This document shows, piece after piece, positions 43,604 to 53,491 of a stretch of DNA of 54,033 bases (positions are counted from its first letter, which is position 1; every line of letters begins with the position of its first letter). The DNA lies in the NCBI GenBank assembly GCA_964488985.1, contig CAZAWX010000002.1:1-54033 (forward strand), in the 5' to 3' direction. Made by a program: the position numbers and the translations under genes. This DNA is from an uncultured Ectothiorhodospiraceae bacterium. GTDB lineage: Bacteria; Pseudomonadota; Gammaproteobacteria; HK1. The notes beneath the pieces were generated by a model. The model was given only the letters and a program-made list of their open reading frames with translations. It was not told where the DNA came from and ran no database searches.

Positions 43604-44554
43604 GTGGAATTGATTGTCCTTTTAAATCGCCGCAGGATCCAGTGCAGCTTTCATCTGGGCAGGATACGCCTGGGCTTGTTGGCGGTTGTATTTCTTGCAG
43701 TTATGGCGGGTGTCTTCTGGTCCGGCATGAATTGGGCGCCAATAATAAAGGTGCAGGCGCTGGATCCGAGCCCTTATGTGAGCAAAATGCAAAGTGAGTT
43801 GAAGACCCAGGATCAACGGGTCAGCACGGCACTCGCTCAAGCCCGGCATAAAGTGAACGCACTGGCATTGCGCTTGAGTGATCTCAAAGCACGCAGCATT
43901 CGCCTTGATGCCCTGGGTGAGCGCTTGGTACAGATGGAAGGACTGGATCCGGCGGAGTTCAACTTTTCAGAATCACCAGCACGTGGCGGACCCGCACCCA
44001 TAGAACTGGTAAGTCGGGATCAGGTTCCGGACTTTATCCATGATCTGGAGGAACTCGCCTGGCAACTGGAGAATCGCGCTCAGGCCTACAGTGTGTTGGA
44101 AAGCAGCCTGGTGTCCCAGCGCCACGCTGGAGAAATGCGCCCTACTGGCAATCCATTGGGCAAAGGTTGGGTGTCTTCACGGTTTGGCTGGCGTACAGAT
44201 CCAATCTCCGGGACACGAAGTTTTCACTACGGCATCGATCTTCCTGGTCAAAAGGGCCAAAAAATTCATTCAGTGGCAGCCGGAATCGTGGTGTTCTCCG
44301 GTCTGCACAGCGGCCATGGCCGGATGATCGACATTGACCATGGCAATGGCTACGTCACCCGTTATGCACACAACAGTAAAAACCGGGTCAAGCTCGGTCA
44401 GCGTGTCGCGCGCGGTGATGTCGTCGCGCTGCTGGGTTCCAGCGGCCGCAGTACCGGGCCGCATGTGCATTTTGAGGTCATGCGCTTTGGAAAGCATCTG
44501 AACCCGGCCAAATTTATACGCCCGAACAGCAATCTGGCCAAGGTGAGTAACTGA
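43604..44554 (+). CDS. Membrane-anchored M23 (LytM-type) metallopeptidase
   Basis: GTG start preceded by GGACGAGG. N-terminal TM helix, then a coiled-coil-like region. M23 motifs FHYGIDL (HxxxD) and GPHVHFEV (HxH) are present. Confidence 0.85.
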   Translation: MELIVLLNRRRIQCSFHLGRIRLGLLAVVFLAVMAGVFWSGMNWAPIIKVQALDPSPYVSKMQSELKTQDQRVSTALAQARHKVNALALRLSDLKARSIRLDALGERLVQMEGLDPAEFNFSESPARGGPAPIELVSRDQVPDFIHDLEELAWQLENRAQAYSVLESSLVSQRHAGEMRPTGNPLGKGWVSSRFGWRTDPISGTRSFHYGIDLPGQKGQKIHSVAAGIVVFSGLHSGHGRMIDIDHGNGYVTRYAHNSKNRVKLGQRVARGDVVALLGSSGRSTGPHVHFEVMRFGKHLNPAKFIRPNSNLAKVSN

Positions 44555-44711
44555 ACGGTAAAGAATTTCGGCTGCGGCTTGTAAATCGTCATTTATCCCC
44601 CCAATTTCTGTAAACACCTGCTACCTCGACACCGGCCATTTGTCTCTTGCTGTTACAATGCGCCGGTTCGTTGACAGGATCTATTTTCTCACAGTCAAGT
44701 AAAATTCCATC

Positions 44712-47414
44712 ATGGTCGGAAACATATTTAAAAAAATTATCGGCAGCCGTAACGACCGCCAACTAAAGCGCCTGTCGAAAGTCGTTGGTAAAATCAACGC
44801 CTTGGAAAGCGATATCCAGCGCCTTGATGATGCCGGTTTAAAGGCCAAAACATCTGAATTTCGCCAACGTCTGGCGAATGGTGAGTTACTGGACAATTTA
44901 TTGCCGGAAGCCTTCGCCGTCGTCCGCGAAGCGGGTCGTCGGGTGCTGGAAATGCGCCACTTTGATGTCCAGTTGATTGGTGGTCTGGCATTGCATGAAG
45001 GCCATATCTCGGAGATGCGTACCGGTGAAGGTAAAACCCTGGTGGCGACTTTGCCCGCGTATCTGAATGCCTTGCCTGGTGACGGCGTGCATATCGTTAC
45101 CGTTAACGATTATCTGGCCCGGCGGGATGCCGAGTGGATGGGTGCTATCTACTCGGCATTGGGCTTGAAAACCGGTGTTGTGGTGCCTGGCCAGACCCCG
45201 GAAGAAAAGCGCGAATCATACAAGGCCGATATCGTTTACGGGACCAATAACGAATATGGATTTGATTACCTGCGCGATAATATGGCCTTCAGCAACGACG
45301 AGCGGATGCAGGGGGTGCTTAATTATGCCATCGTTGATGAGGTCGATTCCATTCTCATCGACGAAGCCAGAACGCCGCTGATCATTTCCGGCCCGACGGA
45401 TGAAAACTCCGATCTCTATATTCGTACTAATCGTCTGATCCCTGCCCTGTCCCGCCAGCTTGAGGAGGAGGGCCCGGGGGATTATTCCATTGACGAAAAA
45501 GCCCGCCAGGTTTCATTGACCGAGCAAGGCCATCAGCACGCGGAAGAATTATTGACCGAGGAAGGGTTGCTGAGCCCTGAGCAGAGTCTTTACGATGCAA
45601 CGAATATCGTCTTGATGCACCACCTCATGGCAGGGTTGCGGGCCCATGCCTTGTTCACACGGGACAAAGATTACATTGTTCGTGATGGTGAAGTGGTCAT
45701 TGTTGATGAATTTACCGGCCGTACTCTGGCCGGTAGACGATGGTCGGAGGGGCTGCATCAGGCGGTCGAGGCCAAAGAAGGGGTGGCGATTCAAAACGAG
45801 AATCAGACCCTGGCGTCAATCACCTTCCAGAATTATTTCCGTCTTTACAACAAGCTGTCAGGAATGACCGGGACCGCAGATACAGAAGCGGCGGAGTTCC
45901 AGCAGATCTATGGCCTCGAAGTCATGATTATCCCGACCCATAAACCCATGGTGCGTGATGATCGCCCGGATCAGGTTTACCTGACCAAGGAAGAAAAATA
46001 CGAAGCCATCATTGAAGATATACGTGATTGCGCCGAACGTGGCCAGCCTGCTCTGGTGGGAACCACCTCCATCGGAATTTCTGAGTATCTGAGTGACATG
46101 CTCAATAAATTGAAAATTGAGCACAACGTGCTCAATGCCAAGCAGCATGAGCGCGAGGCCTATATTGTCCAACATGCCGGTTCTCCAGGCACGGTAACGA
46201 TAGCAACCAACATGGCCGGACGGGGCACCGACATTGTGCTGGGTGGCAACCTGCAGGCGGAACTGGAACAGGCCGATGAGGCCGATGCCGAGCGTATCAA
46301 GTCCGAGTGGCAGGCCCGTCATGAGGCGGTCCTGAAAGCGGGTGGTTTGCATATTATCGGGACTGAACGCCATGAATCACGGCGTATCGACAATCAGCTG
46401 CGCGGTCGTTCCGGGCGCCAGGGTGATGCCGGTTCCAGCCGCTTTTACCTGTCTCTGGAAGACGATCTGATGCGTATTTTTGCCTCGGATAAGGTCGCTG
46501 GATTAATGCAAAAACTGGGTATGGAACGTGGTGAGGCCATTGAACACAAGTGGGTGACCAAGGCCATTGAAAATGCCCAGCGTAAAGTTGAGGGACGCAA
46601 CTTTGATATACGCAAGCAGTTGCTCGAATACGATGATGTAGCCAATGACCAACGCAAAGAAATCTATTCCCTGCGTACCGAATTAATGAGCACCGAAGAG
46701 GTTTCGGATCAAATCGAGGCCATCCGCGATGATGTGCTAACCGATATAATTGATATTTACATTCCCCCCCAGAGTCTCGATGAACTGTGGGATATCCCGG
46801 GTCTTGAGGCGGCGCTGGTCGAGCAGTTCGGCCAGCAGATGCCAATTCAGCAGTGGCTTGACGAGGATGACTCGCTTCATGAAGAAACACTCCGGGCCCG
46901 CATCCGGGAAACCTTGCTAGCGGAATATGTGCGCAAGGAACAAAGTACCGGTCCGGAAATCATGCGTCATTTCGAAAAGGCGGTGATGCTGCAGGTATTA
47001 GATCAAAGCTGGAAAGAACACCTGTCCTCCATGGACTATCTGCGCCAGGGGATCCATTTGCGTGGTTTCGCACAAAAAAATCCCAAACAGGAATACAAGC
47101 GCGAGGCGTTTGAGATGTTTGGCTCCTTGACCCATCGCATCAAACAGGAAGTGATAGGGATCCTGTCGAAGATCGAAGTGCGCGCCGAGGAGGATGTTGC
47201 TGCGGTGGAGGAACAGCGCCGTTCCAACGCGCAGGTCAATATGATTCATGACCAGGCGCAGATGCCTGGAATTGCCGATGATCATGCTCACGACGGACTC
47301 CACGATGAAGAACATAGCCCCTTTGTGCGCAGCGGACGCAAAGTGGGACGCAATGAACCCTGCCCGTGTGGCTCCGGGAAAAAGTTCAAACAATGCCACG
47401 GCAAATTAACGTGA
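44712..47414 (+). CDS. secA: Preprotein translocase ATPase SecA
   Basis: 900 aa. [20 protein letters not shown] (Walker A region), the [23 protein letters not shown]-like box and [10 protein letters not shown] are present, as is the C-terminal zinc finger [14 protein letters not shown]. Confidence 0.97.
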   Translation: MVGNIFKKIIGSRNDRQLKRLSKVVGKINALESDIQRLDDAGLKAKTSEFRQRLANGELLDNLLPEAFAVVREAGRRVLEMRHFDVQLIGGLALHEGHISEMRTGEGKTLVATLPAYLNALPGDGVHIVTVNDYLARRDAEWMGAIYSALGLKTGVVVPGQTPEEKRESYKADIVYGTNNEYGFDYLRDNMAFSNDERMQGVLNYAIVDEVDSILIDEARTPLIISGPTDENSDLYIRTNRLIPALSRQLEEEGPGDYSIDEKARQVSLTEQGHQHAEELLTEEGLLSPEQSLYDATNIVLMHHLMAGLRAHALFTRDKDYIVRDGEVVIVDEFTGRTLAGRRWSEGLHQAVEAKEGVAIQNENQTLASITFQNYFRLYNKLSGMTGTADTEAAEFQQIYGLEVMIIPTHKPMVRDDRPDQVYLTKEEKYEAIIEDIRDCAERGQPALVGTTSIGISEYLSDMLNKLKIEHNVLNAKQHEREAYIVQHAGSPGTVTIATNMAGRGTDIVLGGNLQAELEQADEADAERIKSEWQARHEAVLKAGGLHIIGTERHESRRIDNQLRGRSGRQGDAGSSRFYLSLEDDLMRIFASDKVAGLMQKLGMERGEAIEHKWVTKAIENAQRKVEGRNFDIRKQLLEYDDVANDQRKEIYSLRTELMSTEEVSDQIEAIRDDVLTDIIDIYIPPQSLDELWDIPGLEAALVEQFGQQMPIQQWLDEDDSLHEETLRARIRETLLAEYVRKEQSTGPEIMRHFEKAVMLQVLDQSWKEHLSSMDYLRQGIHLRGFAQKNPKQEYKREAFEMFGSLTHRIKQEVIGILSKIEVRAEEDVAAVEEQRRSNAQVNMIHDQAQMPGIADDHAHDGLHDEEHSPFVRSGRKVGRNEPCPCGSGKKFKQCHGKLT

Positions 47415-47421
47415 TCCGACC

Positions 47422-48642
47422 ATGCCTGTAAATCTCACAGCACCAACAGCATTGACCGCCATTCCCGGAATTCGCCTGGGAACCGCATCGCTGGGCGTAC
47501 GCAAGGAACCTCGTCATGATCTGTGTGTTGTGGAGATCGATAAAGGGGCGAACACCGCCGCAAGTTTCACTCGCAATGCCTTTTGTGCAGCACCGGTGAC
47601 GGTGTCACGCGAACACCTTGCCGCCGTCATGCCGCGATTTCTTGTCATCAACGCTGGCAATGCCAATGCCGGGACTGGACGCGCCGGCTACAATGCGGCA
47701 CAGACCACCTGCGCCCAGGTCGCAGAACTGGGAAACTGTAAATCAGATCAGGTATTACCCTTTTCAACCGGTGTGATCGGTGAACCTCTGGCGACTGAAC
47801 CCTTTAGCCGTGCGCTGCCTGCCGCCTTCGCGGCATTGCAGGCGGACAATTGGGTGATGGCAGCTAATGCGATTATCACCACCGATATCGTTGCCAAGGG
47901 GATTAGCAGAAAATTTAAAATGCACGGTCACGACTGTGTTATGACTGGAATTGCCAAAGGCTCGGGCATGATCCGGCCGGACATGGCCACGATGCTGGCC
48001 TTTATTGCCACCGATGCCGGGGTCGATGGAGCGATCCTCAAACAGGCATTGGATGAGGCTGTTGCACAATCGTTTAACTGCATCACCGTGGATGGGGATA
48101 CCTCAACCAATGATTCCTGTATCGCCATCGCAACGGGCGCCAGTCCCGGAGAGCTTCTCAGCGATACGGTTTCACAGGACTATAAAAACTTCAGCACAGC
48201 GATCAAAGGGGTGTGCTGTTCACTGGCCCAGGCCGTCATTCGTGATGGGGAAGGTGCGAGTAAATTCATCACCATTGACGTGCGTGCAGGGCGCGATGTC
48301 GAGGAGTGTCGTCAAGTCGCATTTACCGTAGCGCATTCACCATTGGTGAAAACAGCGTTGTCGGCCAGCGATGCGAATTGGGGACGGATCCTGGCGGCAG
48401 TCGGACGATCCGGGTTGGCTGATCTGCAAGTCAATAACCTGAAGATATACCTCGATGATGTGTTGATCGTCGAAAATGGGGGCCGTGCCAGCAGTTATAG
48501 TGAAGCGGCAGGCGCTGCGGTTCTTGCCGAACAAGAATTCAGTATCGGCATCGAGTTGGGGCGAGGGGACGCCAATGCCCGGATTTGGACCTGTGATCTG
48601 ACCCATGATTATGTGACCATCAATGCCGAGTATCGCAGTTAG
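47422..48642 (+). CDS. argJ: Bifunctional ornithine acetyltransferase / N-acetylglutamate synthase
   Basis: 406 aa. The autoprocessing site context KGSGMIRPDMATMLAFIATD and the C-terminal YVTINAEYRS are typical of ArgJ. Confidence 0.92.
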   Translation: MPVNLTAPTALTAIPGIRLGTASLGVRKEPRHDLCVVEIDKGANTAASFTRNAFCAAPVTVSREHLAAVMPRFLVINAGNANAGTGRAGYNAAQTTCAQVAELGNCKSDQVLPFSTGVIGEPLATEPFSRALPAAFAALQADNWVMAANAIITTDIVAKGISRKFKMHGHDCVMTGIAKGSGMIRPDMATMLAFIATDAGVDGAILKQALDEAVAQSFNCITVDGDTSTNDSCIAIATGASPGELLSDTVSQDYKNFSTAIKGVCCSLAQAVIRDGEGASKFITIDVRAGRDVEECRQVAFTVAHSPLVKTALSASDANWGRILAAVGRSGLADLQVNNLKIYLDDVLIVENGGRASSYSEAAGAAVLAEQEFSIGIELGRGDANARIWTCDLTHDYVTINAEYRS

Positions 48643-48655
48643 CAGTTAGCAGTTA
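48635..48655 (+). repeat. Heptanucleotide tandem repeat (GCAGTTA x3) spanning the argJ stop codon
   Basis: GCAGTTA GCAGTTA GCAGTTA G. The first unit boundary carries the argJ TAG (48640-48642). Confidence 0.9.
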
Positions 48656-48688
48656 GTTCGACTACTTCATAGCAAAGCGGAAAACCCG

Positions 48689-49648
48689 ATGCAACGTATC
48701 CATGTCATGGCGGCGGTGCTGATGGATGGGGAAAGCCGTATCCTCATAGCCAAACGACCGCAGCAGGCACACCAGGGAGGCCTGTGGGAATTTCCAGGCG
48801 GTAAACGTGAGGCAGGGGAGAGTCGTGAACAGGCCCTGGCAAGGGAACTGACGGAAGAAATCGGTATTGTCGTTCTTGCCGCACAGCCATTGATCAGTGT
48901 GGCCCATGACTACCCGGACAGGCAGGTATTGCTGGATGTCTGGCGAGTCACTCGCTGGCAAGGTGAGGTGGCGCCCTGCGAGGGCCAGCCTCTGGCCTGG
49001 GTCGATCTCGGTTCGTTGGCAGAATTTAATTTTCCGCAAGCAGATCGTCCTGTGTTAAAGGCACTCAGTGTACCGCAGCGTTATCTGATTACCCCGCCAC
49101 CAGGTCCGGACGGGCAAATGTGGTTGGCAGAACTCGAGGCCAGTCTCACCATGCACATCAGACTGTTGCAGATCCGCGCCCCGAAACTACAGTCGCAGCA
49201 GTTTGAGGCTTTGGTCCGCGAGGCCATTGACAGGGTCCACCGGCACAATACTGACATCCGTGTTCTGGTTAATACTGAACCGGAAATTGCACGGCAATGT
49301 GGGGCCGATGGCGTGCATTTAAATCAGCAACGGTTGTGGGCATTTACCCACTCAACTCAAAGTAGCACGGGATTGTTGCTCGGTGCTTCCTGTCACAGCA
49401 GGGCAGACTTGCAGCAAGCTGCCACTATCGGGGCAGATTTCGCAGTATTGAGCCCAGTCCTGCCGACCCGTAGCCACCCCGGAGCACCCGCATTGGGATG
49501 GCATGGATTTGCAGCCCTGGTAAGCGATGCCCAATTGCCCGTTTATGCGCTGGGTGGTATGGCAGAGGTGGATCTGCCGAAGGCGATCCGTGCCGGTGCT
49601 CAGGGCATTGCAGGAATTCGGGGGTTCTGGAGCGCTACGGTTGACTGA
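48689..49648 (+). CDS. NUDIX hydrolase (MutT-like) fused to a ThiE/TenI-like domain
   Basis: N-terminal Nudix box GGKREAGESREQALARELTEEIG. The C-terminal roughly 190 aa has a TIM-barrel thiamine-phosphate-synthase-like pattern (GADGVHL, ASCHS, GADFAVLSPV..T.SHP, PVYALGG). I recall a similar fusion downstream of argJ in pseudomonads. Confidence 0.8.
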   Translation: MQRIHVMAAVLMDGESRILIAKRPQQAHQGGLWEFPGGKREAGESREQALARELTEEIGIVVLAAQPLISVAHDYPDRQVLLDVWRVTRWQGEVAPCEGQPLAWVDLGSLAEFNFPQADRPVLKALSVPQRYLITPPPGPDGQMWLAELEASLTMHIRLLQIRAPKLQSQQFEALVREAIDRVHRHNTDIRVLVNTEPEIARQCGADGVHLNQQRLWAFTHSTQSSTGLLLGASCHSRADLQQAATIGADFAVLSPVLPTRSHPGAPALGWHGFAALVSDAQLPVYALGGMAEVDLPKAIRAGAQGIAGIRGFWSATVD

Positions 49649-49667
49649 CAGGTATAACAATACCTGT
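49648..49667. terminator. Hairpin between convergent genes (possible bidirectional terminator)
   Basis: ACAGGTAT-AACA-ATACCTGT, a perfect 8-bp stem with a 4-nt loop, lies immediately after the stop of the NUDIX fusion gene. There is no clear U-tract. Confidence 0.35.
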
Positions 49668-49713
49668 TCAGCACAAATAGTCGACTGAATATGGCCAACC
49701 TGGTATCGCAGGC

Positions 49714-50037
49714 TCAGCGTTCCAGGTAGCCGAATTTATCCTTGACATCATCCCAGTCAGCGGCATCTGCAGGCGGGTCTATTTTTTCCGCGATAACAGG
49801 CCAGTCTTTTGACAGCTCTTCGTTCAAGGCGAGGTATTTCTGCTCGTCATCGGTCAGATCATCTTCCGATTTAATCGCCTCAACCGGGCACTCGGGCTCA
49901 CAAAGTGTGCAATCGATACATTCTTCCGGGTCAATAACCAGAAAATTTGGTCCTTCGTGGAAACAATCCACAGGACACACTTCGACACAATCGGTGTACT
50001 TGCATTTAATGCAGCTTTCAACGACGACAAAAGTCAT
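49714..50037 (-). CDS. fdxA: 7Fe ferredoxin (Azotobacter FdxA type)
   Basis: 107 aa. [51 protein letters not shown] carries the canonical [3Fe-4S]/[4Fe-4S] cysteine pattern. Confidence 0.93.
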   Translation of the reverse strand: MTFVVVESCIKCKYTDCVEVCPVDCFHEGPNFLVIDPEECIDCTLCEPECPVEAIKSEDDLTDDEQKYLALNEELSKDWPVIAEKIDPPADAADWDDVKDKFGYLER

Positions 50038-50168
50038 TGCTAACAGGGCTCCACAGGTAAAGACCCGCTATGTTAATCATCTTCGCCGCCTCACGCGAGA
50101 CTTTTCTGGATACAATCGCAGGGTCAGATTTTACACTGACCCTGAATTTTTTTGCGAGGTATACCTGT

Positions 50169-51722
50169 GTGAGTACCATTGCCGTTAACAGGACCCTGAA
50201 AGGCTTGCTGGAGCAACGGGCCAAGTTGACCCCGCAGGCGCCTTTCCTGATATTTGATGACATGCAAGGTCGGCTCGAGTGCCTTGATTACGCAGGCTTT
50301 GATGCCCAGGTGAACCGGGCAGCAAGGGTTCTGCAAAGCCTCGGACTGGAGCCGGGCCAGACGTTTAATGTTCATCTGAGCAATTGTCCGGCGTTTTTAT
50401 ACCTGTGGTTTGCCGCTGCCAAGACCGGTACGGTGATGATGCCGACCAATGTGCTTGCAAGCGTCGATGAACTCGAATACCTGATCAACCACTCAACCAG
50501 CCGGGTGATTTTTACCGACGCCGAGCGCTTTGAGACGATGGGCGAGGTGGCATCGCGCTGTGCCTGTGTGAATCACCTCTTGGTATGTGAGGGAACGGCC
50601 GCTACAGGCGGCGAAGATCTGTTGACGTTAATGGTGGATCAGGACTCAACTCCGCTGCCGCATCAACCCCGGGCTGCGGATCGGGTTGGAATTCTCTATA
50701 CCTCTGGAACCACGGCTCGACCCAAGGGCGTCATGGTGACCAATAGCAATTATCTCTATGCGGGGGAAACCGTAGCCCGGGCCATTGCCCTGCGACCCCA
50801 GGACCGGCATCTGGTGGTGATGCCGTTGTTTCATGGCAATGCGCAATATTATTCAACCATGAGCGCCCTGGTCAGTGGGGCCAGCATGGCCCTCATGGCA
50901 CGCTTCAGTGCCAGTGCCTTCTTTGATCAGGCGATCACTCATAAATGTACTGTGAGCAGTGTGTTCGCCGCACCCATCCGCATGATTCTGGCTCAGGCGC
51001 AGCGCCCTGAGCTACTGGAAAACCACCTGCGAGTGGTGTTGTTTGCGCAAAATGTTGCCCCCGCTCAGCTTGATGATTGGCAGCAGCGGTTTGCCGCGCC
51101 GTTGCTGCAACTATGGGGTATGACCGAGACCATGGGGCCGCCGCTGATGAACCCGATTTTCGAACAAGCTGACAATATGAGCATGGGTCGGCCGGTGATG
51201 GGCTACGAAGTCAGGCTGGTCAATGACGAAGGTGCCGAGGTGGCGGCGGGAGAAATAGGCCAGATCATCGTTCGCGGGCTTCCGGGCGAGACGCTGATGG
51301 CAGGGTATCTGGATAATCCGCAGGCGACGGCACAAACCCTGCGCGGTGGCTGGTTGTGGAGCGGCGATAATGCCCGCCAGAGTGAGGATGGGTTTTTCCA
51401 CTTTGTGGACCGGGCCAAGGACATGATCAAGCGCTCCGGGGAAAACGTGGCGGCCAGCGAAGTCGAGGCAGTGATCGTGCAGCATCCCGGGGTGTTTGAT
51501 TGTGCGGTTATCGGTGTGCCCGATGCGATGCGTGATGAGGCTATAAAAGCGATCGTGGTCTTAAAACCGGGGATGGCCGGGGAGGTCGATGCAGCGGCCA
51601 TTATCCGTTGGTGTGAGGCACGACTGGCAAAATTCAGGGTCCCTTCTGCGGTGGCGTTTCGCGAGGAATTGCCGCGGACCTCGGTAGGAAAAATTCAAAA
51701 ACATTTATTACGCGAGATTTAA
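50169..51722 (+). CDS. AMP-forming acyl-CoA ligase (adenylate-forming superfamily, substrate unknown)
   Basis: AMP-binding motif ILYTSGTTARPKGV, and later GWLWSGD and the C-terminal lysine context GKIQK. I chose GTG 50169, preceded by GAGGT, because the ORF start at 50070 would abut the fdxA promoter region. Confidence 0.85.
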   Translation: MSTIAVNRTLKGLLEQRAKLTPQAPFLIFDDMQGRLECLDYAGFDAQVNRAARVLQSLGLEPGQTFNVHLSNCPAFLYLWFAAAKTGTVMMPTNVLASVDELEYLINHSTSRVIFTDAERFETMGEVASRCACVNHLLVCEGTAATGGEDLLTLMVDQDSTPLPHQPRAADRVGILYTSGTTARPKGVMVTNSNYLYAGETVARAIALRPQDRHLVVMPLFHGNAQYYSTMSALVSGASMALMARFSASAFFDQAITHKCTVSSVFAAPIRMILAQAQRPELLENHLRVVLFAQNVAPAQLDDWQQRFAAPLLQLWGMTETMGPPLMNPIFEQADNMSMGRPVMGYEVRLVNDEGAEVAAGEIGQIIVRGLPGETLMAGYLDNPQATAQTLRGGWLWSGDNARQSEDGFFHFVDRAKDMIKRSGENVAASEVEAVIVQHPGVFDCAVIGVPDAMRDEAIKAIVVLKPGMAGEVDAAAIIRWCEARLAKFRVPSAVAFREELPRTSVGKIQKHLLREI

Positions 51723-51723
51723 A

Positions 51724-52164
51724 GTGAGTAGACACAACGCGCCGTCAGTGCGGACGGATTATCGGCATTTCCTTGATTTGCAGACCCGCTGGGAAGACAA
51801 CGATCTCTATGGCCACGTCAATAACGTCGTCTATTATGCCTATTTTGATACAGTGGTGAACCGCTTTCTCATCGATTCAGGTGGGCTAAAAATCCACACA
51901 GCTCCGGTTATTGGGGTGGTGGTTGATAGCCAGTGCAGCTATTTCAGTGCGATTGCCTATCCGGACGCCATTGCAGCGGGGCTTGCCGTGAGCAAGCTGG
52001 GTACCAGCAGTGTGGTCTACCAGGTGGGGATTTTTCGCCAGGGCGAGGATAGTGCGGTGGCGGCAGGACATTTCGTGCATGTCTTTGTCCGCCGCAAGGA
52101 CATGCAACCGGTGCCGATTCCTGAAACGATTCGTACAGCGCTGGCGACGTTACGGGTCTGTTAG
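51724..52164 (+). CDS. Hotdog-fold (4HBT/YbgC-like) acyl-CoA thioesterase
   Basis: 146 aa with a GTG start 1 nt after the ligase stop. DLYGHVNNVVYYAYFD contains the catalytic Asp context typical of 4HBT thioesterases. Confidence 0.8.
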   Translation: MSRHNAPSVRTDYRHFLDLQTRWEDNDLYGHVNNVVYYAYFDTVVNRFLIDSGGLKIHTAPVIGVVVDSQCSYFSAIAYPDAIAAGLAVSKLGTSSVVYQVGIFRQGEDSAVAAGHFVHVFVRRKDMQPVPIPETIRTALATLRVC

Positions 52165-52213
52165 CAGTGGTGCAGGTTTTTGGCGATGGATGTTTGGCCC
52201 CATCACTTCACGC

Positions 52214-53491
52214 TTATAAACGATGAATTCGCACGGATGAATTTTTGATCGTTTTCCTGGTCTTGTGCAGGGTTTGGCGGTGGCCGTCGGGTTTCCAGGC
52301 GGGGGCGATGACATCGGGTTGTGCGCTGCGGTTGATGAGGGTGGCGGGCATGAGGGCGAATTCGCCGAAGCGCTGGTTGACGGCATCGACGGCTTGGTAG
52401 AGGCGTACAGATTTTTCATCGCGAGGCTGGAACAGATCCTGCTGTGCGTGTTCGGGGCTCAGTTTGAGGGCGCGTACATGCACCTGGGAGATCCCCTCAC
52501 CATGCCAGCATTCATTGAGCATGCGTTGACATAAGCGGGTCAGCGGCAAACTGGCGTTGTCGGTGTGCGTCAGTTGATAGTTGCCGCCGACCCAGCCTTG
52601 ATCGGTGCGCATATAAATTTCGTAGTGGCGCGAGGACAGCGTGTTTTTGCGCAGGCGGGCCGCGACCTTGTTGGCCATGTGAGTGAGGTAGGTGAGCAGA
52701 GTTGCGCGATCCCGGGTGTGGGGGGGGATCACTTTGCCGTGGCCGAGAGTTTTGGCAGCAGGGACGCTCGTTTTAACAGGTTCCGGATCCTGGCCCTGGC
52801 ACATTAACCAGATGCGTCGCCCCGGATTGCCAAAACGCCGCGCCAGGATGCTGATCGGCAGGCGTGTAACTTCACCGCAGGTCAAGGCGCCATGCGCGGC
52901 AAGGTAGCTGGCAATACCGGTGTTGACACCACACAGGACCGTGACGGGTTCATTGCGCAGCCGTGCTCGGGCCTGGGCCGGGGGAATTACCGTCAGGCCG
53001 TCGGGTTTTTGCAGTTTCGCGGCGAATTTGGCGGTGGATTTGTCGCCGGAAATACCGACGGAACAGCTCAGCCCTGAATGACGAAAAACCTGATCCTTGA
53101 GATGCTGGCCGAGAATCTCCGGCTGGCTGGGCAGGCCGGGACAGTGACTGAGATCAAGAAAGGCCTCGTCAACGGAGAAGATTTCGATCACCGGGGTAAA
53201 GGCTCTGAAGCAGTCCATGATCCGTGCGGACACCCGGGCATAGCATTGCGGACGGGTCGGGCGCTGGATCAGATCCGGACACAGTCGGCGGGCTTCGGGC
53301 AGGCGCATGCCGGTCTTAACCCCCGTCCGGCGTGCCTCATAGGAACTGGTGATGACACAGGTGCCAAGCCAGCCGTTGGTGATGGCCACGGGTCGCCCCG
53401 CCAGGGCGGGGAAATCGCGCTGCTCAATGGAAGCGAAGAAGGCGTTCATGTCGACCAGGGCGATGACCGCCGGCCAGGTTAATGTCGCCAT
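52214..53491 (-). CDS. Y-family DNA polymerase (UmuC/DinB-like)
   Basis: Start trimmed to ATG 53491 (MATLTWPAVIALVDMNAFFASIEQ). The catalytic motifs VDMNAFFAS and SVDEAFLD are intact. 425 aa. It overlaps the upstream S24 gene by 13 nt. The 90-codon N-terminal extension in the ORF track lies inside the umuD-like gene and was rejected. Confidence 0.88.
   Translation of the reverse strand: MATLTWPAVIALVDMNAFFASIEQRDFPALAGRPVAITNGWLGTCVITSSYEARRTGVKTGMRLPEARRLCPDLIQRPTRPQCYARVSARIMDCFRAFTPVIEIFSVDEAFLDLSHCPGLPSQPEILGQHLKDQVFRHSGLSCSVGISGDKSTAKFAAKLQKPDGLTVIPPAQARARLRNEPVTVLCGVNTGIASYLAAHGALTCGEVTRLPISILARRFGNPGRRIWLMCQGQDPEPVKTSVPAAKTLGHGKVIPPHTRDRATLLTYLTHMANKVAARLRKNTLSSRHYEIYMRTDQGWVGGNYQLTHTDNASLPLTRLCQRMLNECWHGEGISQVHVRALKLSPEHAQQDLFQPRDEKSVRLYQAVDAVNQRFGEFALMPATLINRSAQPDVIAPAWKPDGHRQTLHKTRKTIKNSSVRIHRL

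Noticed and set aside
48635-48655. The heptamer repeat GCAGTTA x3 acting as a phase-variation switch for argJ
   Set aside because: The argJ stop codon lies in the first unit, so gain or loss of downstream units would not change the protein. Three units is also few for slipped-strand switching. At most it would alter the spacing upstream of the next gene. I kept it only as a repeat feature.
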